Below are positions 37,400 through 47,302 of a stretch of DNA of 50,295 bases, piece by piece. The notes below the pieces were generated by a model. That model did no database searches. It was not told the DNA's origin and was given only the letters and a program-made list of their open reading frames with translations. The position numbers and the translations under genes are program-made. Every line of letters begins with the position of its first letter. The first letter of the stretch is position 1. The stretch is from Sphaerochaetaceae bacterium (GTDB taxonomy: Bacteria > Bacillota_I > Bacilli_A > RF39 > UBA660): positions 1 through 50,295 of the forward strand of contig CAVDHX010000083.1 in assembly GCA_963609095.1 (NCBI GenBank), written 5' to 3'.

Positions 37400-37696
37400 A
37401 TGGAAATAAAAGGAAATTTAGATAATTTTGATAATGAAATTAGTAAAGGAAATATTTTAGTAGATTTTTACGCTACTTGGTGTGGTCCTTGTAAAATGCT
37501 TTCTTTAGAACTTGATAAAATAAAAGATGATATTAAAATTATGAAAGTAGATATTGATGAGAACATGGAACTTTGTAAAAAATATGGTGTTATGAGCGTT
37601 CCTACATTAATATATTTTAAATCAAAAGATGATTTTAAAATAAATGTCGGATATATCTCTAGTGATGAAATTTTAACATTCGTTGATAAAATGTAG
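37400..37696 (+). CDS. trxA: thioredoxin
   Basis: WCGPCK active site, 98 aa, VPTL cis-Pro region. Confidence 0.9.
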   Translation: MEIKGNLDNFDNEISKGNILVDFYATWCGPCKMLSLELDKIKDDIKIMKVDIDENMELCKKYGVMSVPTLIYFKSKDDFKINVGYISSDEILTFVDKM

Positions 37697-37715
37697 CTAA
37701 ATAGTTACATTTTTT
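37688..37715 (+). terminator. terminator overlapping the trxA stop
   Basis: AAAATGTAGCTA / TAGTTACATTTT arms (one G-U pair) followed by a T-run. Confidence 0.6.
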
Positions 37716-37741
37716 GGTATAATATAAAGGGTGAAGGACAT

Positions 37742-38206
37742 ATGAAAAAAATTTCTATAATTGCATTTATAATAACATTTTTAGATCAAATTATAAAAAT
37801 ATCATTATTAAATTTTATTGATTTTGGTTATTCGATTTCGATTATTAAAAATTTTTTTTCAATTACTTTAATTGGTAATACTGGAGGAGCTTTTAGCATA
37901 ATGAGTTCTAATACATTATTTTTAATTTTTATCTCTATTTTTGCTTTATTTTTTATTTATTTTTATTTAATAAAAAATCAAAATTTAAATAATTATAATA
38001 AAATAACTTATGGTATTTTAATAGGTGGTGTATTAGGAAATTTAATTGATAGGCTTTGGCACATGCAAGTAATTGATTATTTGGATTTTACAATATTTAA
38101 TTATAATTTTCCAGTATTTAATTTAGCTGATATAGCTATTGTTATTTCTATTTTTTTAATAGGATTTGATATTATAAAAGGTGATAAAAGTGAAAATAAA
38201 AGTTGA
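37742..38206 (+). CDS. lspA: lipoprotein signal peptidase (signal peptidase II)
   Basis: GNTGGAFS and FNLADIAIV motifs, 4 TM segments. Confidence 0.85.
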   Translation: MKKISIIAFIITFLDQIIKISLLNFIDFGYSISIIKNFFSITLIGNTGGAFSIMSSNTLFLIFISIFALFFIYFYLIKNQNLNNYNKITYGILIGGVLGNLIDRLWHMQVIDYLDFTIFNYNFPVFNLADIAIVISIFLIGFDIIKGDKSENKS

Positions 38207-39065
38207 AAAAGATGAGATTAGATTAGATAATTTTTTAGCTTCTTATCTAGATGTTAGTAGAAGTCAAGTTACTAAAATGATAAAAAATAAAGAAGTATTA
38301 GTTAATGATAAATTGGTAAAACCAGGTTTTATGCTTAAGCAAGGTGATGATATTAATATAGTTCATAACTATGATGATAATATAACTCCTGAAAAGATGG
38401 ATTTAGATATTGTGTATGAAGATGATGATGTTTTAGTTGTTAATAAGGCTAATGGTGTTGTTGTTCATCCAGGTGCAGGAAATAATCATGGAACTTTAGT
38501 TAATGGACTTATGTATCATACAAAATTAAGCAATATAAATGGTGAAACTCGTCCTGGTATTGTTCATAGAATTGATGCTTATACAACAGGATTACTTATG
38601 ATTGCTAAAAATAATAAAGCTCATGAGTTTTTAGCTAATGAACTTGCTTTAAAAAAAACATATAGAAAATATATTGCTTTAGTGTGGGACGTTATTCCAA
38701 ATGATACAGGTTTAATAGATGCGCCTATTGGAAGAAGCAAAAATGATAGAAAAAAAATGGCGGTAAGAGCTGATGGTAAAAAAGCAATTACACATTTTAA
38801 AGTATTAGAAAGATATTCAAATGCAACACTAATTGAATTAAAATTAGAAACAGGAAGAACACATCAAATAAGAGTTCATATGGATTATATTTCTCATCCT
38901 GTTGTTAATGATCCTGTATATGGTAATAGAAAATTATTTGATGAAACAGGACAGTGTCTGCACGCTAAAGAATTAGGATTTACACATCCTAGGGCACATG
39001 AATTTATGAAATTTCAAAGTGAATTGCCAGATTGTTTTTTAAATATATTAGATAAATTTAAGTAG
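38190..39065 (+). CDS. rluD: RluA/RluD-family 23S rRNA pseudouridine synthase
   Basis: S4 domain (IRLDNFLA...SRSQVTKMIKNKEVLVN), catalytic HRIDAYTTGLLMIAKN, GRTHQIRVH. GTG 38190 follows AAGGTGA; the ORF-track start is 38181. lspA-rluD order as in Bacillus. Confidence 0.85.
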   Translation: MKIKVEKDEIRLDNFLASYLDVSRSQVTKMIKNKEVLVNDKLVKPGFMLKQGDDINIVHNYDDNITPEKMDLDIVYEDDDVLVVNKANGVVVHPGAGNNHGTLVNGLMYHTKLSNINGETRPGIVHRIDAYTTGLLMIAKNNKAHEFLANELALKKTYRKYIALVWDVIPNDTGLIDAPIGRSKNDRKKMAVRADGKKAITHFKVLERYSNATLIELKLETGRTHQIRVHMDYISHPVVNDPVYGNRKLFDETGQCLHAKELGFTHPRAHEFMKFQSELPDCFLNILDKFK

Positions 39066-39072
39066 GTGAAAT

Positions 39073-40209
39073 ATGGAAGAAATAATAGTTAATGAAAAAG
39101 AAGAGTTAGTAATGAAATTACTGCACTATTTTATTACTGAAAGGGGATATAATCCTGTTGTTATAAGAGGAATTAAAGATGAAATATGGCTTGAAAATTT
39201 AAATGACGATTATAAAATTGTTCGTATTGTTTCGGGCTATATTCATAATAATGAACAATTTAAATTTGATTTATTTAAAACTAAAAATTTACTTAAATCA
39301 ATTAAGAAAAAAACTTTATCATTTAAAATAAGTGCTTTAAGTATTTTTGTAAATTTAGGTGATAATGTTGATATAAATGAATTTTCAAATAGTAATATTA
39401 AGTTTGCAAAAGTAGAGGATATTGAGGATTTAAAAAAATATAGATTTGTAATTGATGCATTTCCAGATATTACAAATGATATGGATTTTAAAGAAAAAGG
39501 CTTAGAACTTTTTATTAAAATTACTGATGATATAAATAGGAAAAATGAAAATGATGCAAGAATGAATGAAGATGTGTTTAAACCTAAAAAGCCATTTATT
39601 ACATATGGTTTAATATTTATTAATGTTTTAATTTATTTATTATGCATTTTAAATAATAATTTAATCACTACCCTTGCTGTCAACAGATATTTTATTACTA
39701 GTGGACAGTATTATAGATTAATTACAGGTATATTTTGTCATGCTAGTATATGGCATTTAGTATTTAATATGTATGCACTTTATATAATTGGTATGCAATT
39801 AGAAAGCTTTTTAGGAAAATATAAATATTTAGCTATTTATTTATTATCTGGCCTTTCAGGTAGCTTACTTTCAATTTTATTTAGTAGTAATTATAGTGTA
39901 GGTGCTTCGGGTGCTATATTTGGTTTAATGGGTTCACTTTTATATTTTGGATACCATTATAGAGTATATTTAGATAGTGTTGTAAAATCACAAATTATAC
40001 CATTAATATTAATAAATCTAATTATCGGTTTTTCTTTTACTGGAATTGATAATTTTGCTCATATTGGAGGATTAGTAGGTGGTATATTATCCACAATGGC
40101 ATTAGGTGTTAAATATAAATCAACTAAATTTGAAATGATTAACGGAACTATTATGTATTTAATTTATATATTTTTCTTAGTATATATGATATTTGTAAAA
40201 GGAATTTAA
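39073..40209 (+). CDS. rhomboid-family intramembrane serine protease with a cytoplasmic N-terminal domain
   Basis: HASIWHLVFNMYAL, catalytic GASGAIFGLMG, and HIGGLVGG. Confidence 0.8.
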   Translation: MEEIIVNEKEELVMKLLHYFITERGYNPVVIRGIKDEIWLENLNDDYKIVRIVSGYIHNNEQFKFDLFKTKNLLKSIKKKTLSFKISALSIFVNLGDNVDINEFSNSNIKFAKVEDIEDLKKYRFVIDAFPDITNDMDFKEKGLELFIKITDDINRKNENDARMNEDVFKPKKPFITYGLIFINVLIYLLCILNNNLITTLAVNRYFITSGQYYRLITGIFCHASIWHLVFNMYALYIIGMQLESFLGKYKYLAIYLLSGLSGSLLSILFSSNYSVGASGAIFGLMGSLLYFGYHYRVYLDSVVKSQIIPLILINLIIGFSFTGIDNFAHIGGLVGGILSTMALGVKYKSTKFEMINGTIMYLIYIFFLVYMIFVKGI

Positions 40210-40211
40210 AA

Positions 40212-40235
40212 CCAAGGATAGAACCTTGGCTTTTT
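40212..40235 (+). terminator. rho-independent terminator
   Basis: CCAAGG-ATAGAA-CCTTGG followed by CTTTTT. Confidence 0.65.
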
Positions 40236-40239
40236 GATA

Positions 40240-40980
40240 TTATTTATATTTTTTAACATATTGTTTCTTTTTTACCTCTTGATTTTGAATTTGTTTTTCA
40301 TCTACTTTTGTTGGCATATTATAAATCATATATTTATGTTTTGATTTAGATAAAGATAATTTGTTTTTTTTAATTTCATTTTTTTCTATTGGATTTTCTT
40401 TTGCTTGTTTTTTATATTCATCATTGTACTGTTTAATATTAATTATTTCTAAAGGTACGGTTGAAATACTTAATATTTTACTTGCTACCAATAGTTTTTC
40501 AGTTTTTGTAGATATCCCTAAGTATGCTAATCCTAAAGCAATAGAAAGTGGCCATATTTTTACTTTACCAAGTATATTTGATTTTGGATTTCCTCCTTGA
40601 GATAAATTTTTATTATTAATATATGCTATTGTTAATTCTAATGCTCCATTTAAAGCAAATATAGGTAATACTGGTAATATTCCGATTATTAATGAAAGCG
40701 AAAATATTTTATCAGATACTGCATCTAGTAATGCACCTTCATTTGTTTCTTTTTTAACTAATAATCTAGCTGCTTTGCCATCTAAATAATCTGATATAGC
40801 TAGATAAAAAGAACTTCCTAAAATTATTGGTAAAGATGCATTAGTATATACCATTATTGGTAATGCTACTCCTCCAATTGCCCTTGAAAATGAAAGCCAA
40901 TTTGGTATTAATGATAATATATCATCTGGATAAAATAAAGCTTTTACTATTTTTTTACTTGATTCTTTAATAGTGTTCAT
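40240..40980 (-). CDS. CDP-alcohol phosphatidyltransferase (PgsA-like) with a Lys-rich C-terminal extension
   Basis: Motif DYLDGKAARLL...NEGALLDAVSDK (D-x2-DG-x2-AR...G-x3-D-x3-D). ATG 40980 follows AGGGGGA; the ORF-track start 41055 is unlikely. Confidence 0.8.
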   Translation of the reverse strand: MNTIKESSKKIVKALFYPDDILSLIPNWLSFSRAIGGVALPIMVYTNASLPIILGSSFYLAISDYLDGKAARLLVKKETNEGALLDAVSDKIFSLSLIIGILPVLPIFALNGALELTIAYINNKNLSQGGNPKSNILGKVKIWPLSIALGLAYLGISTKTEKLLVASKILSISTVPLEIINIKQYNDEYKKQAKENPIEKNEIKKNKLSLSKSKHKYMIYNMPTKVDEKQIQNQEVKKKQYVKKYK

Positions 40981-41114
40981 AGTAAATTTCCCCCTATAAA
41001 TTATCAAATATTCTAACATGTTTTTATTAAAAAGTAAACTTGTGTAAAGAAACAATTTATTATAAATTAGTTTATTAATTACATGTTATAATTATTATAG
41101 AAAAGGGGTGCGAT

Positions 41115-44100
41115 ATGAAAAAGAAAATATTATTAATTTTAGTTATGTTTATTGTACCTTTTTGTAAAGTAGGAGCATCTAGTAGTTATACGGTTCAAAT
41201 GGTTGCCAATAAAACTGGTAATAAAACCGTTGGAACTTATAGTAGTTATGATTCTGCTTTAAGCGTTATGAATAGTCAAAATTCAAGTAGTGATAATGTT
41301 GCCACTATATATAAAGATGGGGTTCCTATTGATAGTAAATATGCATTATTTAAATTTAAACCTGGTGTTTTTAACTTATATCAAAATAGTAATGATTCAT
41401 CTGCTTATACATCAATTTCATCTTATTATGGTTCCGATGCTGCTTTGCTTGGATATAGTGATGGCAGAGTAAAAATTATGATTAGTGGTTTTATTGGCTG
41501 GACTGATATTAATAATGGCGTAGTTACTCCAATTTCATTACTTGGAGTAGATGGCAATGTAATTAAAGTTGATGGAGGATATGGAATTAGAATTAGGAAA
41601 AGCCCATCGCTTAGTGGTGAGAAAATTACTAAAGTAACAAGTACAACTAATTTTAATTATTATGAAACAAAAGATAATGATGGATATACTTGGTTTAAAA
41701 TAAATTATAATGGTTCCGATGCTTGGATTGCTAAAACAGATAATGTTACTGTTTTAAATGGCGAGACATCAATCTTAACTTACTATAATAATTATTCACA
41801 AACTGGCAATTTAATTCATCACTATGAATATTATGTAGGAAACGGTTATACTGACTATTTTATTAACTTAGGAACTGCACCATCATTTTTAAAGTCAGAT
41901 GTAAAATATTATAGTTTTGATGGTAATTATTTTTATTCAAATATAACATCAATGCTTGATGATTATAGAAGCGGTGATTATAAAAATAGTATAAATTACA
42001 ATAATCCTTATTATAATTATTATTTATATTTATCAAGTAAATCTACAACAAGATATACCGCAGAAGATTTTGATAATATTATAAAAAATAAAGGATATAA
42101 TGAAAGCACATCAAAATTATTTGGAACTGGTGTATATTTCAAAGAAGCAGAAGAAAAATATGGTCAAAATGCTTTAATGATGTTTGGTACTGCTATGAAT
42201 GAAAGTGCGAATGGTACAAGCAAGATTGCAATGGATAAAAATAACTTATTTGGTTATGGTGCATCTGATAGTTCACCTTATGAAAACGCATATAGTTACA
42301 ATAGTGTTAAAGATTCTATTATGGATTATGCTAAGAGAACAGATGGCAACTATTCTTCAGCCAAATCAGGTAGTTATTATTATGGCTCACATTATGGAAA
42401 TAAATCAAGTGGTAGAAATGTTAAATATGCGACTGATCCATATTGGGGAGAAAAACAAGCTAGAAATTCATTTACAAACGATATAAATTATGGTGGTAAA
42501 GATTATAATTCAAATACAATTGGAGCAGTTTATAAAAATTTAAGCGATGTTTGGATTTTTGATAAACCAGAAAGAACAAGCGAAGCACATATTTATACTT
42601 TAAAAAATCCAAAAAATAATTTTAAAGTTTATAATATGTCATTAAATGTAGTTGATAAAGTTACAGGATTAAATGGAGTAGAGTTTTATAAAGTCTATAC
42701 CGATCTTTCTTCTGATGAGGGACCTCTTTATGGATATATTCCTGTAGAAGAAGTATATGTATCTAATAATCAACCTACAATAAATGCATCTGATAAAGAA
42801 ATTAAAATTAATTCTAACTTTGATTATTTAAATAATGTAACAGCCTATGATAAAGAAGATGGAGATTTAACTAGTAAAATAACTTACGAAGGAAAAGTTG
42901 ATACTACTAAAGAAGGAGAATATGAAGTTACATATACCGCTGTAGATAATAATAATTTTCATGTAAGTAAAACTATTAAAATTAAAGTTGTATCAAATAA
43001 TGATGTAATAATCAATGCATCTGATAAAGAAATTAAACAGTATACTTCATTTGATTATATGTCATCAGTATCTGCTAAAAATGATGAAGAAGATTTAACT
43101 GATAAAATAACTTACGAAGGAGAAGTTGATACTACTAAAGTAGGAGAATATGGAGTAGTTTATAGTGTTTTAAAAAATAATAAAAAAACTAGTAAAAAAA
43201 TAACTGTTAAAGTTATAAAAGACAGTGAACCAGTTATAGAAGCTAGTGATAAAGAAATTTATTTAAATAGTAAATTTGAACCATTGGAAGGCGTTAAAGC
43301 ATATGATGATGAAGATGGAGAATTAACTAATATAACATATGAATCTAATGTTGATACTAGTAAAATAGGTGAATATGAAGTAACATACAAAGTTTCTGAT
43401 AAAAATAAACAACAAACTGTTAAAAAAATAAAAGTAAATGTTATTCTTAACCAATTACCAATTATAGAAGCTAGTGATAAAACAATTAATCAAAATGATA
43501 ATTTTAATCCATTAGATGGCATTAAAGCATCAGATAAAGAAGATGGAGATTTAACTAGTAAAATTATTTATGATTCAAATGTTGATACTAGTAAAATAGG
43601 TGAGTATAAAATTGTATATAGTGTTACCGATAGTTATAATCAAACTGTTTCTAAAACTATAAAAGTAAGTGTTGTAGAAAAACAAGCAAAAAAAGTAGAA
43701 GGATTATTTTATTTAGATTATTTAAAAGAAAATGATGGTAAACTTCAAATAAAAGGTTATAATACAATAAATGGCATTGATAACAATTTAAGTGAGAATA
43801 TTGAATATTATATTGTACTAAAAAATCAAGCTAATAATACTGTATTTTCTCAAAAATTAGATAGAATTATTGAGAAAAATAATATTCCTTTTACTCCAAC
43901 AAATAATGATAATAAAGATTATACTTATTCATGGTTTACAGGCAATATTAATATAGATGAAATAAACCAAGGCGATTATACAGCTTATGTAAAAGCCGTA
44001 AGTAATAATTATTATTCTGAATCATTAATGCAAAATATGCTTTTAAACGAACAGACATCAGAATATAGTACAAGTGCAAAAAGTGTAACCATAACAAGTG

Positions 44101-44630
44101 ATTATTTAAGTGAAGATATTCCTATGACATTTACGATAAGAAATAAAAAAATAGCAAGTAAAGAAACTCGTTTTGATTCAAATCAATATAGTTATCTCGA
44201 AAGTATTGTCTTTAAAAATAATTTAGTATATTTTAAAGGTGCTTCATATTCGGTTAATTTAGATATGAGAAAAGAAGCTAACCTTTCTAGGCAAATTGTT
44301 TTTGAAAACGTTGATAGCTTTGAAAAATACACATTTGATTTAGACTATATTTCTAAAGGTAGCTTTGATATTAGTTTAACAGTTAATGATAATTTTGGAA
44401 AAGAAAAACCTCTTGCTTGGTATGAAAAAGGTATTGATTTATCTAATTTAAATAAAGGAAAATATGCTATATATATAATAAATAAATCAAATGTTTCTGA
44501 TTATGGTGAACTTAACGATGTTATGATGATTGCTAATTTGAATAAAGCAAATAATAAAATTAATAACAAAACCTATAAATTTAGTATAAATGATAATTTA
44601 AGATATAGAGTAGAACTTACAATTGAATAA
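41115..44630 (+). CDS. secreted multidomain cell-wall hydrolase: SH3b-like domain, GH73 N-acetylglucosaminidase, 4 Ig-like repeats, unknown C-terminal domains
   Basis: Signal peptide MKKKILLILVMFIVPFCKVGA. GIRIRKSPSLSGEKI...GYTWFKINYNGSDAWI (SH3b-like). FGTAMNESANGTSKIAMDKNNLFGYGA...YATDPYWGEK (GH73-type). Tandem D.EDGDLT..ITYEG.VDT.K.GEY.V.Y repeats. Confidence 0.75.
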   Translation: MKKKILLILVMFIVPFCKVGASSSYTVQMVANKTGNKTVGTYSSYDSALSVMNSQNSSSDNVATIYKDGVPIDSKYALFKFKPGVFNLYQNSNDSSAYTSISSYYGSDAALLGYSDGRVKIMISGFIGWTDINNGVVTPISLLGVDGNVIKVDGGYGIRIRKSPSLSGEKITKVTSTTNFNYYETKDNDGYTWFKINYNGSDAWIAKTDNVTVLNGETSILTYYNNYSQTGNLIHHYEYYVGNGYTDYFINLGTAPSFLKSDVKYYSFDGNYFYSNITSMLDDYRSGDYKNSINYNNPYYNYYLYLSSKSTTRYTAEDFDNIIKNKGYNESTSKLFGTGVYFKEAEEKYGQNALMMFGTAMNESANGTSKIAMDKNNLFGYGASDSSPYENAYSYNSVKDSIMDYAKRTDGNYSSAKSGSYYYGSHYGNKSSGRNVKYATDPYWGEKQARNSFTNDINYGGKDYNSNTIGAVYKNLSDVWIFDKPERTSEAHIYTLKNPKNNFKVYNMSLNVVDKVTGLNGVEFYKVYTDLSSDEGPLYGYIPVEEVYVSNNQPTINASDKEIKINSNFDYLNNVTAYDKEDGDLTSKITYEGKVDTTKEGEYEVTYTAVDNNNFHVSKTIKIKVVSNNDVIINASDKEIKQYTSFDYMSSVSAKNDEEDLTDKITYEGEVDTTKVGEYGVVYSVLKNNKKTSKKITVKVIKDSEPVIEASDKEIYLNSKFEPLEGVKAYDDEDGELTNITYESNVDTSKIGEYEVTYKVSDKNKQQTVKKIKVNVILNQLPIIEASDKTINQNDNFNPLDGIKASDKEDGDLTSKIIYDSNVDTSKIGEYKIVYSVTDSYNQTVSKTIKVSVVEKQAKKVEGLFYLDYLKENDGKLQIKGYNTINGIDNNLSENIEYYIVLKNQANNTVFSQKLDRIIEKNNIPFTPTNNDNKDYTYSWFTGNINIDEINQGDYTAYVKAVSNNYYSESLMQNMLLNEQTSEYSTSAKSVTITSDYLSEDIPMTFTIRNKKIASKETRFDSNQYSYLESIVFKNNLVYFKGASYSVNLDMRKEANLSRQIVFENVDSFEKYTFDLDYISKGSFDISLTVNDNFGKEKPLAWYEKGIDLSNLNKGKYAIYIINKSNVSDYGELNDVMMIANLNKANNKINNKTYKFSINDNLRYRVELTIE
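42780..43690 (+). repeat. four tandem 75-77-codon Ig-like (DUF5011/Big-type) coding repeats
   Basis: Units start at 42780, 43011, 43236 and 43464 (I[NE]ASDKEI...). Units 1/2 and units 3/4 share long nearly identical nucleotide runs. Confidence 0.85.
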
Positions 44631-44659
44631 CTAATAAGGATATAAACTTATTAGTTTTT
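44630..44659 (+). terminator. rho-independent terminator
   Basis: CTAATAAG-GATATAAA-CTTATTAG followed by T6. Confidence 0.7.
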
Positions 44660-44663
44660 TAGA

Positions 44664-44692
44664 CCATAAAAAAAATCTAAAATTTTAGATTT
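44664..44692 (-). terminator. rho-independent terminator of the PASTA-protein gene
   Basis: Minus strand reads AAAATCTAAAATTTTAGATTTT followed by T8. Confidence 0.65.
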
Positions 44693-44693
44693 T

Positions 44694-46640
44694 TTAATTT
44701 TTTCTAACTTTAACTACTAATTTATTACATGAATTTATTATTTTTCCATTAATTTCAGAAGCATTTATTACCATTCCTTTTTTACCACTATCTGACTCTA
44801 CTTGTTGGCAACTAAGATAATCACCAAATTTATTTGTAATTTTTTGACATGTATCACTAGGATCATTAGAAATTAAATCTGGAGTTATATATATAGCACT
44901 AGAGCTATCCTTACAATTACTTGTAGTATTTGAAGAATTCGAACTTGTATTATTTGAAGAACTTGAAGAATTTGAACTTGTCGATTTATTTGTAGTATTT
45001 TCTTTTTTATTAGTCGCAATCACAATACTTAAAGTATCATTTTTACTTATTTTTTCACCAGCTTTTATACTTTGACTAATCATTGTATCATTAGTTACTT
45101 TCGAACTATATTGACTAGTAAAACTACATGTAATACCAAGTGAGTTGCATTCTTTTTGAATATTTGCCTTTGTTTTACCATTAAAATCAGGTACTGTTAC
45201 AGCTTGCCCTTTAGAAACATATACTATAATAGTATCATCTTGTTTAATTTTTTCTCCATCTTTAATGGATGTTTTAATGATAGTGTCTTTATCTAAATCA
45301 TTAAATTCTTCTTTGATCTCATATTTTATATTATTACTATCAGCCCATGATTTAAATTCACTAATATTTTTAAAAGACTTCATTTTTAAAATCCCCTTAG
45401 AAAAAGTTATATCTATTGTTGTTTCTTCTTCAATAATATCTCCTTTATTATAATTAGATTTAATTGCATAACCTTGTTTAATATCACTGTATTCTTCTAA
45501 ATAATTTATTTGAACATTATTGTATATCATCCATTTTGTTATATAGGATAGTGATTTATTTTTAAAATCAGGCACTTTAATTTGTTTGCCTTTAGATATA
45601 GTTAAAACAATTTTATCATCAGCTTTTAAGCTAGTACCTTTTTTAATATTTGTAGAAATTACATTTCCTTTTTCAATTTTATTTGAAAATTCATATTTTA
45701 ATTCATATATTATTCCGTTTTGACCTAAATATACAGATGCATTTAATAAAGATTCATTAGTTAATTTTTTTAACTTAATTGCATTTAATTTACTTTTTTC
45801 TCCTAATGATACTGTAAATATAATTGCATCACTTCTTTTTATTTTACCAGTTGAGCTTTGCTTAATAACATAATTTTTATCAGTTTCAACATTTTCTTCA
45901 AAATTTATTTGAACATTTTTTAAATGATTATTATTAATAAATTTTAAAACATCATTAACATTCTGACCAGTCATATCAGAAAGAATTACTTCTTTATTAT
46001 AATCAGGTCCATTTGATACTATAAAATCTACACTTTTAATATTCTTAGTTAATGTTCCTTCTTTTTCACTTTGATTAATTATATTATATTTTTTAATATT
46101 ATCACTATATTCAAATGTTTCATTATTCTTAATATTATTTTTATCAGTCCATTCAATTGCTTGTGTTAAACTTGTATTTTCAAAATTTATTATATGACTT
46201 TGTTGTGGTAATTTTATTATATTTGTTATATAAAGCCCATTAAACATAAGCGTAATTAAAATTAAAAATGCTGTTATATTCATTTGAATAGTTTTATTTT
46301 TATATAATAAATTTTTAAAACTTAGAAGCAATCCTATTATAATAAAAAGTAGCAATAAAGAATTTATTATTCGATAAATTTGATCAATGTGATTAGAAGA
46401 ATCTAAAATAAGAAATATAAATAAAGCAAAGGTAATTACAAAAACTAAAGATAAAAATATATTTGTAATTATTGGTTTTTTAGTTTTTTCTTTTTTATCA
46501 AATAAAACTTTTTGTAATTCTTTTCTTCTTTGTTCAAGTTCTCTTTCTTTTTCTATTTGTTTTTCTTTTAATTCATTTTCCACTTTTCTTTTAGTCATTC
46601 TTGATGTGTATGATGTATTATTTAAATCTTTATTATTCAT
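44694..46640 (-). CDS. polytopic membrane protein with six extracellular PASTA-like domains, a Ser/Asn-rich linker and a Cys-containing C-terminal domain
   Basis: Lys/Glu-rich cytoplasmic N-terminus and about 3 TM helices. Six ~65-aa units end in ...VSNG/VSLG/ISKG/FSKG/VSKG/IVIA with the V-P-D-F/L-x-G-K/Q pattern typical of PASTA. No kinase or transpeptidase motif. Confidence 0.65.
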   Translation of the reverse strand: MNNKDLNNTSYTSRMTKRKVENELKEKQIEKERELEQRRKELQKVLFDKKEKTKKPIITNIFLSLVFVITFALFIFLILDSSNHIDQIYRIINSLLLLFIIIGLLLSFKNLLYKNKTIQMNITAFLILITLMFNGLYITNIIKLPQQSHIINFENTSLTQAIEWTDKNNIKNNETFEYSDNIKKYNIINQSEKEGTLTKNIKSVDFIVSNGPDYNKEVILSDMTGQNVNDVLKFINNNHLKNVQINFEENVETDKNYVIKQSSTGKIKRSDAIIFTVSLGEKSKLNAIKLKKLTNESLLNASVYLGQNGIIYELKYEFSNKIEKGNVISTNIKKGTSLKADDKIVLTISKGKQIKVPDFKNKSLSYITKWMIYNNVQINYLEEYSDIKQGYAIKSNYNKGDIIEEETTIDITFSKGILKMKSFKNISEFKSWADSNNIKYEIKEEFNDLDKDTIIKTSIKDGEKIKQDDTIIVYVSKGQAVTVPDFNGKTKANIQKECNSLGITCSFTSQYSSKVTNDTMISQSIKAGEKISKNDTLSIVIATNKKENTTNKSTSSNSSSSSNNTSSNSSNTTSNCKDSSSAIYITPDLISNDPSDTCQKITNKFGDYLSCQQVESDSGKKGMVINASEINGKIINSCNKLVVKVRKN

Positions 46641-46830
46641 GATATCACCTATATTAATTATACAGTAAAATATATAAAATTTAATTAAATAATAATTATT
46701 TTAAATCATATTTTACTATTGTTTACAATGATTATATTATATAAATAAACTCCTTTTAAATATTATGATATATTACTTGATTTTTAGTGAATAATTTGTG
46801 ATAATAAATGTGTAAGAGAGGTAAAAAAAT

Positions 46831-47292
46831 ATGGGAAAGAAAATTATTTTAGTTTTGTTATTAATTGGACTTTTTGCAGGTGGAATATACTTAGGAGCAA
46901 ATTATAAAACAATTTTTAAAGATAAAGAAAGCAAAACTGAAAATAAAGAGGTAAATAAAATTAATTCTGATAAAAAGGAAAACATTAAAGTAAATACTGA
47001 TGTACAATCTGAAGAAGATAAAAAGGATTATACTGTCACAAATCAAGAAGGAGAAGAAGTTAAAATAAAGGCAAATAAAACAGTAACAGCTACTGGTTTT
47101 GCTGGTGCAAGTAATCATGTATTTTACCTAGATGGATCTGATTTATATTATATGGATTTATCAAGAAATTCAAAAGAATTAATTGCAACTGGAGCTACTG
47201 ATTTATATTTAAACGGTGAAGATGTTACATGTAAATTAGGATCTGATGGAAAAGTCATTAAAGAAAACAATTATATAACATATGATAAATAG
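46831..47292 (+). CDS. hypothetical signal-anchored protein
   Basis: N-terminal hydrophobic helix and a Lys/Glu-rich linker. The stop is 10 nt before the next gene's ATG, which has an AGGAGG RBS. Confidence 0.5.
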   Translation: MGKKIILVLLLIGLFAGGIYLGANYKTIFKDKESKTENKEVNKINSDKKENIKVNTDVQSEEDKKDYTVTNQEGEEVKIKANKTVTATGFAGASNHVFYLDGSDLYYMDLSRNSKELIATGATDLYLNGEDVTCKLGSDGKVIKENNYITYDK

Positions 47293-47302
47293 GAGGTAAA
47301 AC

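Noticed and set aside
42780-43690. Regularly spaced ~230-nt repeats as a CRISPR-like or satellite array
   Set aside because: The units are in frame inside a long ORF and encode Ig-like domains. The period is far too long and there are no unique short spacers.
40361-47118. Short ORFs 40361..40600 (+), 41290..41472 (+), 42199..42486 (+), 45265..45453 (+) and 46891..47118 (-)
   Set aside because: Each lies within, out of frame with or antisense to a longer motif-supported CDS.
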